The notes below the pieces were generated by a model that did no database searches, had not been told where the DNA came from, and was given only the letters and a program-made list of their open reading frames with translations. DNA of 56,939 bases, counting the filler, from Bilabrum cf. latius (Eukaryota), in NCBI GenBank assembly GCA_965178125.1. It is 2 parts of 2 records of this genome, joined end to end, with 100 filler letters (N's around TTAATTAATTAA, not from the genome) between each part and the next. Parts side by side here need not be neighbours in the genome. Positions count along the whole stretch, not along the records: positions 1 to 28,924 come from CBCXTV010000021.1; 1 more part is not named here. One strand, written 5' to 3'. Shown here one piece after another: positions 1 through 12,341 of this stretch (positions are counted from its first letter, which is position 1; every line of letters starts with the position of its first letter). The translations under genes and the position numbers were made by a program.

Positions 1-122
1 GGGGATCAAGGGGACCGAAGAGGCGATCGACAACCGCGGCACACTACTCCAGAATGACGGTGAGAAACGGGGAGTGAAGGCTGTTGCTGCAGCAACTGGC
101 CAGACGACGTCGCCCACGACTC

Positions 123-321
123 ATACTCAAAGTTGGTCTTTTATCCTTCCGCATTAATAATCCTTCCGGCTCGGGCCCGGGCCCGGCCCGGGCCCGGGCC
201 CGGCCCAAGCCCAGGCCCGGCCCGGGCCCGGGCCCGGCCCGGGCCCGGCCCGGGCCCGGCCCGGGCCCGGGCCGGGGTACCTGCAAGACTTTCGGAAGGA
301 TAAAAGACCAACCTCGTGTAT
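123..321. mobile_element. Small MITE-like foldback with GGGCCC low-complexity core
   Basis: Perfect 20-bp inverted repeat GTTGGTCTTTTATCCTTCCG (132-151) / CGGAAGGATAAAAGACCAAC (293-312), imperfectly extendable to ATAC/GTAT at 123/321. Interior is (GGGCCC/GGCCC)n. Confidence 0.55.
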
Positions 322-745
322 AATCATCGGAAGGTATTACTGTTCAGTCATATTAGGGTGCAGTGTGCGTGCTTTGCAAAGCATGAATCTCGCGCTTTTT
401 CTCTAGGAAAAATAACATCGATGCCCCAAAAGACAAGAAATAGGCCGAACATGGCCCAGATTGGGCGAAAATGGATGAAAATCCGACCAAATTAATGAGA
501 AAAGCACGAGGAATCCGGAAAAAAAACACTCCCGGGGTGCGAAAACGGCCTCCGGGGCGAGTTTTCGAAATTTCGGGTGAAATTTGGAAAAAAATCCGCC
601 CCAAAAAGTTCGAACCCCGGAAAATTAACCCGAAAAAAAATGAAAAAGTCTGCAAAAAATGCAAAAATCTGCAAACATCGGCAAAATTCGGCAAATAGCA
701 CGAGCCGCAACTTACACGCAGTGCACCCCAATATGACCCACCCCC
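322..745 (+). mobile_element. Dispersed non-coding repeat with terminal inverted repeats (MITE-like), copy A
   Basis: Imperfect TIRs GTCATATTAGGGTGCA (347-362) / TGCACCCCAATATGAC (722-737). A close inverted copy lies at ~25802-26233 and a diverged split copy at 3580-3814 + 24804-24933. Confidence 0.75.
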
Positions 746-829
746 AATACCTCCCTATGAAGATTCTCTAGGAACCGCGACGGAGAGGGTGGTCAATTCG
801 GGTGGTTTCAACTCGGCCGAAAAATGCTC

Positions 830-1435
830 GCGAGGGCTTCCCGAGAACAGGCCCCCCAACCCTCCCCAAAACCCTCCAAAAACCCTCCAAAAAGCCTCAC
901 AAACCTCTCCCGGAGCAGTTTTGGAGGTTTCTTCGAGGCTTTTCCGACCGATTTTGGCTCTCTTTTTTTTTCGTGGGGCTTCCCGAGAGAAGGCCCCCCA
1001 AACCCTCCCGAAACCCTCCAAAAACCCTCCAAAAAGCCTCAACCACCTCTCCCGGAGCAGTTTTGGAGGGATTTGGGGGGGGGCTTTTCTGACCGATTTT
1101 GGCATTGTTCGTGAAATTTGGCCGAAATTTGGCCAAATTTCACGAAAAAATGCCAAAAACGGTCAGAAAAGCCTTGAAGAAACCCTCCAAAACTGCTCCG
1201 GGAGGGTTTTTTGAGGCTTTTTGGAGGGTTTTTGGAGGGTTTTGGGGAGGGTTGGGGGGCCTGTTCTCGGGAAAGCAGGGTTTTGGGGAGGGCTTTTTGG
1301 AGGGGTTTGGGGAGGGTTGGGGAGGGTTGGGGAGGGTTGGAGGGGTTTTGGGGAGGGTTTTGGGGAGGGTTGAGGGTTTTGGGGAGGGCTTTTGGAGCAG
1401 TTTTGGAGGGTTTTTTTCGAGGCTTTTCCGACCGA
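830..1435. repeat. Inverted array of CCCTCCAAAA / TTTTGGAGGG minisatellite units
   Basis: C/A-rich units at ~853-1045 are mirrored by G/T-rich units at ~1200-1415. For example, ~838-898 is essentially the reverse complement of ~1213-1273. Confidence 0.75.
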
Positions 1436-1462
1436 GAGGGGAAAATAAACACCTTTGCACAA

Positions 1463-1655
1463 GCCCGGGCCCAAGCGCTGGGCCCGTGCTTCGGGGCCGG
1501 GCCCGGGCTCGGGCTTGGGCCCGGGCCTGGGCTCGGGCCCCGCGGCCGGGCCCGAGCCCGGTCCGCGCCCAAGCCCGGGCCTGGGCCTAGGCCCGGGCCC
1601 GCCCGGCCCCGGGCCCGGCCCTGGCCCTGTGCCTGGCCCCGCCCGGGCCCGGGCA
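1463..1655. repeat. GGGCCC low-complexity tract
   Basis: Direct reading. Same motif as 168-277 and 3300-3451. Confidence 0.85.
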
Positions 1656-1833
1656 CGTGCATGTGGCCATCATACGGGGCCGGTGGGGACTCGGGGGGGG
1701 GGGTCAGGTCTGTAGGGGCGGGGAAAAATCGCGACGGAGGGGGTGGTCAGCTCGGGGGGTTCAACTCGACCGTCAAAAGAGGATCGACCGTCAAAAGAGG
1801 ATCGCTTCTCTCGGGCCGGTAGAAAGCGATCCT

Positions 1834-2250
1834 CTTTTGACGTCCGAGTTGACCCCCCCGAGTTGACCACCCCCTCCGTCGCGGCTCCTATAGAATCTGG
1901 CCGACCAGACCCCTGGGCAGCCAGACGGCGCCGAGACCCCCATAATCAGATTCCTCGCGTCGCGGCATCACCAAAGATGGGATTTTCGTCGAAATCCGAG
2001 CCAAGAGGGCCGTGTTCAGAGCGATTTTCCCGAACATCCATGGATTTTCGGGAAAGTCCGCTCTGAACACGGCCCTCCTGGCTCGGATTTCGACGAAAAT
2101 CCCATCTTTGGTGATGCCGCGATGCAAGGAATCCGATTCTGGGGGTCTCGGCGCCATCTGGCTGCCCAGGGGTCTGGTCGGCCAGATTCTATAGGAACCG
2201 CGACGGAGGGGGGTGGTCAACTCCGGGGTTCAACGCGGCCGTCAAAAGAG
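1834..2250. repeat. ~415-bp near-perfect palindrome (foldback element)
   Basis: Centre ATCCATGGAT at 2036-2045. The arms are reverse complements with few mismatches, and the ORF track shows near-identical peptides on both strands. Further copies of the terminal motif at ~769-820 and ~1730-1805. Confidence 0.9.
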
Positions 2251-2689
2251 CAATTTCTTAAATCCGGCCCCTGGGCCGGCCCCAAGATGTCTTATTCTGG
2301 GCCCCCGAATAAGAAATTTCCAGGGGCTCGCCAGAGAAAAATATTTCTTATAAGAAACCGGGCCCGTAATGCCGCTTTTTTTTCTTTTTTTTTTCCCCGT
2401 AGGCGCCAGCTACCGCTGCGGCTGTTGCCGTCCGCCTTGCTGTGTGTTAAACAAAGGCAATCCGAGAAATAATGCCGCTGCACGCGCCAAGGCGCGCGCA
2501 CAAACGGGTGCGCCCGCCCGTCCGTCCGCCGCCTGCGGCTGCCGACGACATCAACTTGCGCCACTTCGGGGCCCAATGGCGGGTGTCATCCGCTGTGGCG
2601 CCGCCGGCGCCGCCGCCGCCGGCCTGCCGGTTGCGCCGTCGCCCGCCGCCGACTCGGAAGGCGCCTCAAGCGCAGCGGAACCGTGCTCG

Positions 2690-3451
2690 TCCCCGCCCGG
2701 TCCCCGCCCTATCCGCCCCATCCGCCCGTCCCCCATCCGGCCGTCTCCTCGTCGCCCGCGCGCCCCCACCCGCCCGCGCCCGCCCCCATTCGTCCCTGTC
2801 CGTCCCTGTCCGTTCCCCCCCCCCTTCCCCGCCCGCGCGTCTCCCTCCGCCCACGCCCGTCCGTCCCTATCCTTCCCAACCCCCCCGGTCGCCCGTCCGT
2901 CTCCGCCCGTCCCCATCCCCCCCCGCCCACGCTTCCCCGCCCGTCCGCGTCTGTCCGTCCCCGCCCGTCCACACGGGCCCCCCCCCGCCCGCGCGTCCCC
3001 GCCCGTCCATGCCTGTCCGCCTCCACCTGCCCCCATTGGTCCCCCCCCCCCGCCCGCGCATCCGCGCCCGTAGGGTCCGCGCGCGTCCCCCGCCGCCCGT
3101 CTCCGTCCGTCCTGTCCGCCCGTCCCGGTGCGTTCCGCGTGGCCGCGAGCCCGCGGACGACGGTCATGACGTCATGCCCGACCCCGGGGCGTAGGCGCGC
3201 CTTGCGCCCGGGCGGGCGGGCGGGCCGGCGGGCGCGCGCAAGGAGGGGGGGGGCGGATGTGCCCGAGCGGGCGAGCGGGCGCACAGAGCGCGGGCACAGG
3301 CCGGGCCCCAAGCTGGCCCAGATCGGGCGGCTCGGGCTGGGCCCGGGCCGGGCCGGGCCGGGGCCCGGGCCCCGGCCCGGCCCGGGCCCGGGCCCGGGCC
3401 GGGCCCGGGCCCGGGCCCGGGGCGGGCCGGGGCCGGGGCCCGGGCCCGGGC
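2690..3451. repeat. C-rich (CCGTCC/CCCGCC) tract followed by G-rich/GGGCCC low-complexity tract
   Basis: Strong strand-asymmetric composition. The overlapping Pro/Arg/Gly ORFs are compositional artefacts. Confidence 0.8.
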
Positions 3452-3579
3452 AGCTCCACTTCTATTAAAGCTCCACTTCCATGGACCACCCCAACAGACT
3501 TTTCGCTTCAAACTCCAGCGATTGCGCAGAGCCTCATACTCTCGGAGAAGATGGAGTCGGATCATAGGGACATAGTGGG

Positions 3580-3814
3580 GGTGGGTCATATTGGGGTGCA
3601 GTGCATGTGTGTTGCGGCTCGTGCTGTTTGTCCGTTTTTGCCGGCTTTTGCAGTTGTTTTTTCTCAGATTTTTGCATTTGTTGGTAGAACTTTCGGGTTA
3701 ATTTTCCGGGCTTCGAATTTGTTTGGGGGCGTTTTTCACCAAAAACTCGCCCCAGAAGCCGTTTTCGCACCCCGGGCATTTTTGCTCACTAATTTGGCCT
3801 GATTTTCGTCGATG
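3580..3814 (-). mobile_element. MITE-like repeat, diverged copy B, left half (split by LINE)
   Basis: Starts GTGGGTCATATTGGGGTGCA and aligns with ~25804-26072. Similarity stops at CGATG (3810-3814). Confidence 0.7.
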
Positions 3815-3829
3815 GACACCCCGTGCGTC

Positions 3830-6800
3830 CTTTCAACTGACCGCAGCAAGATTTAAATGGAACGGAGTATGGACGGAAGCGCTGAGCACAAGTAAGACCG
3901 GGTTTAGTGGAGGAGTGGCCATACTTGCTAAGGACCCTATATTGGCGGTGAAGGGAAAAGGCTCTTTAGACCACAGATGGGTACAAGCAATTATACCGCA
4001 CACAAAGACTAAGGCGATGCATGTCCGACAACATATACGGCTGGGACAGGACGTATAATGACCAAGCAAGAAATGCAGAATTGCTGGAATTAATACAAGA
4101 ACACGTGGTGAACCACGGACGAATCCCATATGTCATTGAGGGGCGATTGGAACCAGACGCCAGAAGAAGTTGGATTGATGCGGAGGCAAAACAGTTGCCC
4201 AAAAGGTATAAACAAACCTACCGGCCGATTCCTGCGGGAGATAGACTGGTTCCTAGTCAGCCAGAGCCTCGTGGCGGCCGAAGCATATATGAAATTGATG
4301 AGTACCCAACACCAGACCATATCCCGGTGATACTTACGATCCCCGGATGGGGAAACATCAATATGGGGAAAAGAGTCAGAACCGTGAAAGAAATCGACGT
4401 GAAAAAACCCGCACAACCGGTGGAGACACCCAGTGAACGCTTGGTGAGAAACATAACGTGCGACCAGTGGACAAAGATAGCAGAGGATTATCTACTGGCT
4501 AAGTTTGACGCGGGACCGCCAAATCAAGCAAGACGGGGGCAAAGAGCACAATTTCAGACCGTGAGCATAGGCGGACCACAAACAACAGACGGGAAATGCA
4601 TTACTACGGAATACCGGGGTCTAACACGCAAGATACGAAGGGTGGACTGTGCAATGCAGCTTTATATGTTCGGAGGACCGTCAGCTCAGAAGCAAACGGA
4701 TAGGCTATGGGAGACAGCAGGGAAAAAATACTAAGAACGTCCATCAATTGCAGGAGCAAGCGAGAGAAGGAAAGCATCGGATCGACAAGAAGAGAGAAGA
4801 GCTCTATAGAGACTGGGCCACGTTGAAAGCAGGACACAGACCAAGATCGGTGTTCGCGTGGATCAAACGTAATGAAATGTTGGTTCGGGGGGAAGACCTA
4901 AACTGGGGAACAAGACCATGCCCGGCCGATATTGAGACAAGAGTAAACCACGCGATAAAAGAGTGGAGCAGCTATTGGAAAGGAGGCCCAGGCTATCAGG
5001 CGAGAGGCGGACCACCGTTGCGGAAAATTACGGGCGCCCACATCCGGGGAGTGCTTAAACGAAGGTCACCGTACAAGGCTTGGGGGCTAGACCAATGGGG
5101 ACCGGAGGAGCTCTTTTGCCTACCAGATGTGATGTTGGATGGTTTGGCGGACATATTCAACCAGGCCGACGAAGACGGTTTTTGGCCGGAAGCTTTAAGG
5201 CAGTCGCTGGTGGCATGAAACCCTAAACAAGGGGCGACGCACGAAGGGCAACTCAGACCGACCAACCTCCTACCAATAATATGCCGGTTGTGGATGGCGG
5301 TAAGGAAAAGATGGCAAGAAATGGACGACAAGATTACATGGACAACGGAACCAGTCCGCACTGGAACTAGCATGCGAGACGAAGGTTAAGGACGAATTGG
5401 CGTACCGAAAGGGGAACGGCCAGAATGGTCGCCTTCCTTGACTGCTCCAAATGCTACGAGAGAGTCCCGCGCAAGATGGCGGGGGAGATCGCAGTGGCAA
5501 ATGTATGCCCCCGCAAGAATGGCGAACTTAATGGACATGTACGCAGCCCCAAGAAGGGTTAAAGTACATAATGCTGCTAGCGAAAAGGCAGCGGGGGCAA
5601 ATGGACTGGGCCGCGGGATGTGCGTATGCAAAAGACATATTGGAAGGATACCTACAAGATAGCAAGAAGGCCATGCAATACAGCCACATGGGCATATACG
5701 TGGATGATGTAACCTTGGCGAGCGACGAAGATACCATAACTGAGGTGGTGACAAGACTTCACCGGGACCTTGAAGCAGTAAAAGAAACCTGCTGGTCGCA
5801 ACATGGTGTTGAACGATAAAAAAGAGCAGGTGTATGGACCAACGGTAGGAACAAGAAGACGCTGGAAGGAAACACATCCAGAATACCCGGGGAAGCGGTC
5901 GATGTTGCAAAGCGCTTGGCGGTAGCACGCAAGAGATGCCAGGTCAAAAATACCACCCAAAATGAGCGGGTGCAAAAATGTGACCCAATAGCGGATATGA
6001 TATGGAGGACAAAAGGGGAGGCAAGAGAACGGTTGTAACAAAGGAAAAATGGTAATATATGGCAAATTACTTTATGGAACGGAGGTGGAAGAAATGACCG
6101 GGGCAGATCTGGCAATTCTAAGGAGACACATGTGCAAAGCCATATGGGGACAAAATGGGCGAAACCAAATCGCAAGCCTACTGGATATGGGTGAAGATGG
6201 GCTCGCGGAACCTTATGTGAACATGGTGCAACGTGTGTTCAGACACTGCAGTAAGGTGCGCAGATTCCGGGTGATCCCGGAAGAGGAAGCATTGGAACTG
6301 TGGGGGAGAGGGGGCAAGAAGACAAAGGGGAAAAGCAAAGGGACTATACATATGTTGTGCCGGGTGTGTCGGAAATTAAAGACGGAAGATGGTGGAAAAT
6401 CAATGACTATTGGTGGGATGGAATATACGGTGCCGATGCAATAAAAGCGGTTTTGTGAAGCAGCAGTCACCTACCAATGGAAACATTTGAGCAAAACAAG
6501 GGATCACTACCAGGGATTGGAGCAGGGGAGAAACAAGAGGCTCACAAATAAATTTGCGCGATCTTTGAAACACCCGATCAACAAGGGGCGGTGGAGACTC
6601 ATACAAAATGTTGGAGTATATGCGCCATGGAGAAGACACCAGAAACATGGAGGAGACGGATACTGTACAATATGCGGGTGCAGTGTGGGAGACATGGAGC
6701 ATATGGTCTGGGAATGCCCGGAAACACTCAAAGAGGCCACTGACGAACACCGTGAACTAGCGAGGATCCGACAAGAAATGAACAAGGAACCAAGAAGCTT

Positions 6801-8442
6801 ATGGACCAGGGACATATTCCGAGGGATTGGGACCAAGATGTCTCAGAACAACAAGGTTGGCAGAGTAGTTTTAAGGATCAAGAACAATTTAAACCTACGG
6901 GTGCGCCACGATTTGTGGGAACCGACGGGGGTGGAAAAAGAAGCCAGAGGCAAGCCAGTTTCGGGGTCGCACTGGGAGATGGAAGTCCACCTATCGCAGA
7001 ATCAGTGCGGGGCCCCAAGCAGACGGCCCAAAGGGGAGAAGTATGCGCCGTTGCGGCGGCAGTGGCGGCAGCAAAAGGACCGTTGGAAATGGTAACGGAC
7101 AGTTCCTACGTCAAACGAACTCTGGATAGACTTACGACAGAGAAAGAACGCTTTTGGAGCAAGCATGGAGACCTTTGGGGCTTTATACTTGAACGTATTG
7201 GACGTATACGATCAGTGGACAAGATCAAGTCCCACATGACTAAGAAGACGGCACAGGAAAAGGGGGGTACCCATCAAACATTGGGGAAAATTAACAAGGA
7301 AGCCGACCGGCTGGCGACAGAAGGAGGACAGAAACACAAAATGGTGAACGTGGAAGCCAACAGAAACAGAGCAAAATTAGCAGATCGCATACAGAGATGC
7401 CTACTAAGACAGCAAGAACGCATTGCGGCACTAAAACTTACGTATTACGACCCCACGGAAGGGCTACCCGTGAGACGAACAAGAAATGGAGGGGTACATG
7501 CAACAAAAGACCGGAACCTGTGGAAAGAGAAGCATACGATCGTAAATGAAGGACACCACGAGGTATGCTACGGGTGCGGACGGTACGTCAACTAGATAAA
7601 AACGAGGCATGGAAAAGCAGCGTGGTCATGCCGGTGCGAACCAGTGCCTAGTTTTGCTGCGGCGGTTGCCAACCAGCATGAAATGGAATGGACAGGTGCG
7701 GGTTGGGGGTGTCGGAAGTGCAAAGCGCGCGGCCTACACCTGGCCAGAAACGTCTGTAGGCAAGAAAATAAAACACGGAAAGAGAACCCGGAAAACCACC
7801 AGGAGAAACGCAAGAGACGGATAATATGTAACAAGACCCGACCGGAGGAAGTGGAAGGCGAACCCGAATGGGAACAGAAATGACATATAGAACAGATGAA
7901 GCACGAGAAAAACGAAGGAAGACATGGCATTTACAAGTTCAATCACAACGTAGGATGCAAAAGATGTGGCCGATGGACGAGGCACAGGTTTACGGAAACC
8001 GGCAAACTATGTGCCGCATTTGAGCAACCATGTGGACCGCAGAGGCAAACCCCGCATGAGGTGTACATGCGAAAAGAGGGATGGGCATGTAAGACATGCC
8101 CGGCGAAGGGACAAATGGTATTCCAAAAAGATTGCATAAAAGAAGAAGACGAAAATAAGAAGGTTCAAAGGAACAGACCCTGCACGGGGATAATGGAAAA
8201 GAGGGTACCAAGAGACCGCCATTTATACAAGAGACCCGACGGACGCTAGATCCGGATTGGGGCAAGAGGCGACGAACCATGAATATGGACAATAGTGCCA
8301 AACACCAGATCATGCTGAACGGGAAATACGATGTCGGTCAACAACAACAGGAAAGCGCGAGAATCCCGAAGACATGCTCGCGGGCGTGAAAACGCCACGC
8401 AAGGGCGGCTTTTTGCCTTGTTCTGTTTGCCGTGTATTTCCG
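3830..8442 (+). pseudogene. LINE ORF2: AP-endonuclease remnant, reverse transcriptase, CCHC zinc finger, RNase H, CxxC repeats; multiple frameshifts and stops
   Basis: APE-like: SGGVAIL, NIYG, PDHIPV. RT: KAWGLDQW, WPEAL, LRPTNLLP, FLDCSKCYERV, IYVDDVTL (~5694-5717). Zinc finger: CTICGCSVGDMEHMVWEC. RNase H: TDGGG, QTAQRGEV, VTDSSYV, KIKSH, NKEADRLA. Confidence 0.88.
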
Positions 8443-8623
8443 AGTCGAGATGGAGCGTATTGGGCATGAGTTGTGGATCGGGCTAAGGGATGACTCCCTG
8501 CTGGGCTAGCGGTGAGGTGCGAGGGGCGCGACCGAAGGGAGCGCCCCTTTTCCTGCAACGCGAATGCTAAGCTAAGCTCCGGCCGGAGAGCTGCGGGAAG
8601 CACAATGCCCTACCATGCGAGTC
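8443..8623 (-). repeat. 3' LTR of Copia element 1
   Basis: 181-bp direct repeat of 23203-23383 with 3 mismatches seen (8472, 8519, 8523). Confidence 0.92.
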
Positions 8624-11600
8624 GGGTCGGTGGGCTGTGGCTGGCGTCTGTACACTGTAAGCCAGCCAAGCCCGTGCCCCTTCTGTGCCCTTCGGCCTAA
8701 CCTCCAGGCTCAACTGTACCGAGCCTGGATACTGCGCAAAAGAGTCCTGGAGACGTGCCGAACAGGCACTGTCTATCCCAGCGGGCGGCGTGCCAGTCGG
8801 GCACTGCCGCGCACAAAGTCGGACCTACCTGTACTGTCCGACTACCAGCAGGCTCTCTACAGGAAAGCTGCTGGCAGAACCGAGTGCCGTAGATCCGGCA
8901 CTGCGGTGCAAAACACACACGCTGCCTGCCCTCAGAAGTTCTAGCTGTCGCTTCCTGAGTGGCCTCGTCGGTCGCGCATGCACTCGTCGATGTCTCGTAG
9001 CACATCACTCTCGACGCTACGATCAACACTGTAGTCGTCGAGTCCGGCCGCTGCTTGCGGCGGCGTGCTGGGCGCCGGTGCTGATCCGCTCGGCGCCGGG
9101 TCAGCCTGAGGAGCCAGGCTCGGCGTGCCGTGTGAGGCACTGCCGGGACCTAGCAACCTCCTGTGTGGCGGCTCGGTCGCGGGCTTCCTGCTCTTCGTAC
9201 TCTTTCTTCCGGGCCCGCCGAGCCCGCGCGCCGTCTCCGCCACGCCGGGTCTGGCCCTTCTTCTTCTTCTTGCCGGGCGCGTCGCCAGGCGGTTGCGACG
9301 GAGCACTGGCGGCGGCTTGGAATGGGGTCTGTCGACCCGAAGCCACAGGGCCGGTCGGCGGAGGGGGCGTCGGCTCCGGCGCCACGGGCTCCGCAGACTC
9401 GGCCTCTTCCTTGTCGTCGTCGTCTTGTCGACGTCGTCTCTGTCATCGCCGCCGTCCTCCGATGCGCCTCCACGTCCGTGTTGCCGCCAAGTCCACCTCG
9501 CCGGGGTCAAACACCCCTGCGCCGGCGGATGGCGACCACGACGGCATCGATGCGGCGTGAGGAGGCGAAGCTGGCACAGGGCCAACTGGCTCTTCGCCTG
9601 CCGCGGGCTCCTCTTGTGAGTCTGCCACTGCGCCAGACACCGGGGTGCCGTGGCCAGCGCTCCGGCGCCCGGCACTGCTTCTTCCGTGGAGGAGCCAACC
9701 GTGTCCTGCGTAGCAAGGGGAGGAGGCGGAGCCTCGCCGGCCACGAAGTGGCTCTCCTCCGTTCCCCCAGGGATGGGCGTGCCGTGATCGGCACTGCCCA
9801 TATCTCGGTCCGCCGGAGTGGGCGTGCCGCTGTCGGCACAGCCCATTTCGGACGCAGCCGGTGTGTCGGCTGGGGCCCCGACGTGCCCGGGGCCGGCTGG
9901 GCGCCCTAGCAGGTCGGGCACTGCCGGCGGTGCACGGCGGCCCAGCCTCTCCTCCGGCACTCGCTCGTCAAGGTCATCTGGAGGAACGGACTGCATCGAG
10001 TCAACCCGGCGCTGGGGGCCTCAGGCGTCGACTTGGGCGATGGACTTGGCGAAGCACTTCGAGGAGTGTCCGAGTCTGCATCCATCCGGAAGACGCTGGG
10101 GCCTTGAGGCGGTGGCCTCTCCGGTGGCAAGGACAAATCTGTCTGCGTTCCGGTAGTCACGAGAGGCCACCGCGTGCACCTGAGCTGAGGACTGTGGCTC
10201 CGGTGCTGTGGCCTGGGTAGCTGCGCTCGGCCCGAGATGGCGCTACCGGTGTTGATGCATCGGCATCGGGAGGCGTCACCTGGGCCGCGGCATCGGCGCT
10301 GGACGGCACCGCCTGTGCCGCGGCGTCGGCACTGGGCGGAGTCGCCTGGGCCGCGGCATCGGCCTTCGGTGACGGCGCCGAGGCCGCACCGCCGGCGTGG
10401 TCGTCCGTCGCCGATGAGGCCTGGGGCTCAAAGCCCTTAGGCGGAGGCTTCGGCGGCGGCGGCTGCTCAAAGCCCGCGGGTGGTGGCTTCGGCGGCACCG
10501 GCTTGCTCGAAGCCCCTTGGGCGGCGGCTTCGACATCGGCGGTGGCTTGCCGTCGGGAAACCACACGGGCGGCGTCGCCGGGTCATCGACAGCACTCTGT
10601 TTCGCCTTAGCTGTTAGCCAGGGCGGAGGCTCCTTGACCGGCAACGCCGCCCTTCGGCTCGACGGCGATCGAGCTAGGGGAGATCCAGCTCGATGGGGTC
10701 TGGTCCGCCGGGACCTTAACCACCGGCGGAGACCAGACCCAACTTCCGTCCTTGGCCCTGGCCGTGCCCCTGGCTGGGCACTGGCCGACGGGGCCAAGTT
10801 CGCCAGCCGCGACAGGGCACTGCTGTCGGCCCCATTAAAGCTTGTGGGCGGCGGCCCACAGGGGCTTGGCGGCTGGGGCGGCGCCGGGGGCTGCTGTGGT
10901 GCCGACGACAGAGTCGCGGCACTCGCAGCTGCCCCCGTCGCCGCTGCTGCAGCGGCGGCGGCTGCCTCCGCCAAGTACTTGGCACTTGGAGTCAGCCGGA
11001 TCTTATTCGCGCCGGCCCCGCCCGTTCCTCTCGAATCGCTGTCCCGAGTCGTCGTCGGAAGACGGGGGCGGCGGCGGCCGCTTCGGAGCAGGTTCCCGCT
11101 TAGGCGGCGGGGACCTTGTCTTCGGCCTGCTTTTTCCTCTGCGGCGGCGGCTTGGGGCCGAAGCTCGTCGGGTCGCCGCAGGCGGACGGTCCCACCCCGG
11201 GCGTGCCTCGACGGGCACTGCCCGGGGACCGTGACCTGTCCGCAGGCGGCGGCGGCGGCTTCGGTCCCCGGCACGCCTGTCTGGCCCACGGACGGCTCGT
11301 CGGTCGGCGGCGTCTGCTGCCGCACCGGCGGCGGCGCCTTGGCGGCCGCCGGCTTGGGCCGGGGCCGCAACAGCTCCGCCGGGGCTGCCGGGGCTGCCGA
11401 AGACTTGGGCGGCGGCGACTTCACAGGATATGGACACTTCGGCGGCAGAACCCCTCCGCCGCGGATGCGCGCGTACGCCGCTGACCTTTCAGCGCTGAGC
11501 CGGCGGCGTTCGGCGGCGGCAGCTGCCGCTTCGCGAGCGCGTCGCCGGTACTCTTCACCGATCGGGGTCGTCGTCCCGGCCGCAGAGGCTCCACGCCCCG

Positions 11601-11719
11601 ACGCCTGCGCCTCCGTCCGCGCCAGACGCGCCGGGCGTGCCCGAAGGGGCACTGCCCGACGGCCCGGCACCGGGCGTGCCCGAAGGGGCCCTGCCCGGCG
11701 GATCGGTGGGCCGGCGGGG

Positions 11720-11861
11720 GCGGCTGCTTCGTCGGCGGTGGGGTGCCATAACTGGCACTCCCACTCGGCGGCTGCTTCGTTGGCGGTGGGGTGCCGTAAC
11801 TGGCACTCCCACTCGGCGGCTGCTTCGTTGGCGGTGGGGTGCCGTAACTGGCACTCCCACT
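11720..11861. repeat. 48-bp tandem repeat, about 3 copies
   Basis: Unit GGCGGTGGGGTGCCGTAACTGGCACTCCCACTCGGCGGCTGCTTCGTT, encoding SGSASYGTPPPTKQPP on the minus strand. Confidence 0.9.
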
Positions 11862-12145
11862 GGGCCTCTGGGCCCATGGCGATGGAGCAGTGGGGCTGCG
11901 CCGTGGAACTTGGGTGCCGTACCGGAATCTTTCTGGCAGATCTTGATCAAAACCGGACGAACCCGGGGTCCACGGCTGAGGCACATACTCGGTGATGGTT
12001 TCAACCATCTCGTCGGTGGCCTCTTCACGGTGGCCGAGGGTCCTGCCAACCCAGGCCATCCGTCGTGGCCAGCCTGCAGCTGCTCCCGCTGGATCCGCTG
12101 GATCCAGGCCTTGGTCCTCTGCCAGAGGAACTCGGGCGTCACCTG

Positions 12146-12341
12146 CAACAGCATGTCACGCGCTGCGTGGATGTCCGCTGTGCGGGCGGTCGCGTCCCTC
12201 TCGCTGAGGCCATGGCGGCTCGCCCGGTCCGGATGGACCCGGGATAGCCGCCTGCCGAGCGGACCTCTGAATCACGTCATTGGTCGGGAGGTCGGACGGC
12301 TCCCACGGGAAGTCCAACCCCAGCAACCAATACGGGTTGTC
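12146..12341 (-). pseudogene. DnaJ-type J-domain (one 1-bp frameshift near 12240)
   Basis: Joining two frames gives DNPYWLLGL...TNDVIQRSARQAAIRVHPDRASRHGLSERDATARTADIHAARDMLL, with the HPD signature and J-domain helix spacing. Confidence 0.65.

Noticed and set aside
1200-1415. Telomeric repeat
   Set aside because: Units are degenerate TTTTGGAGGG/TTGGGGAGGG, internal and part of an inverted array, not a canonical TTTAGGG tract.
44-3489. Many Pro/Gly/Arg-rich ORFs
   Set aside because: They arise from GGGCCC, CCGTCC and CCCTCCAAAA low-complexity DNA, are open on both strands and show no domain motifs.
10517-11995. Long plus-strand ORFs antisense to the LTR element (also others at 16021-17514)
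   Set aside because: Shadow frames of GC-rich minus-strand sequence with no motifs.
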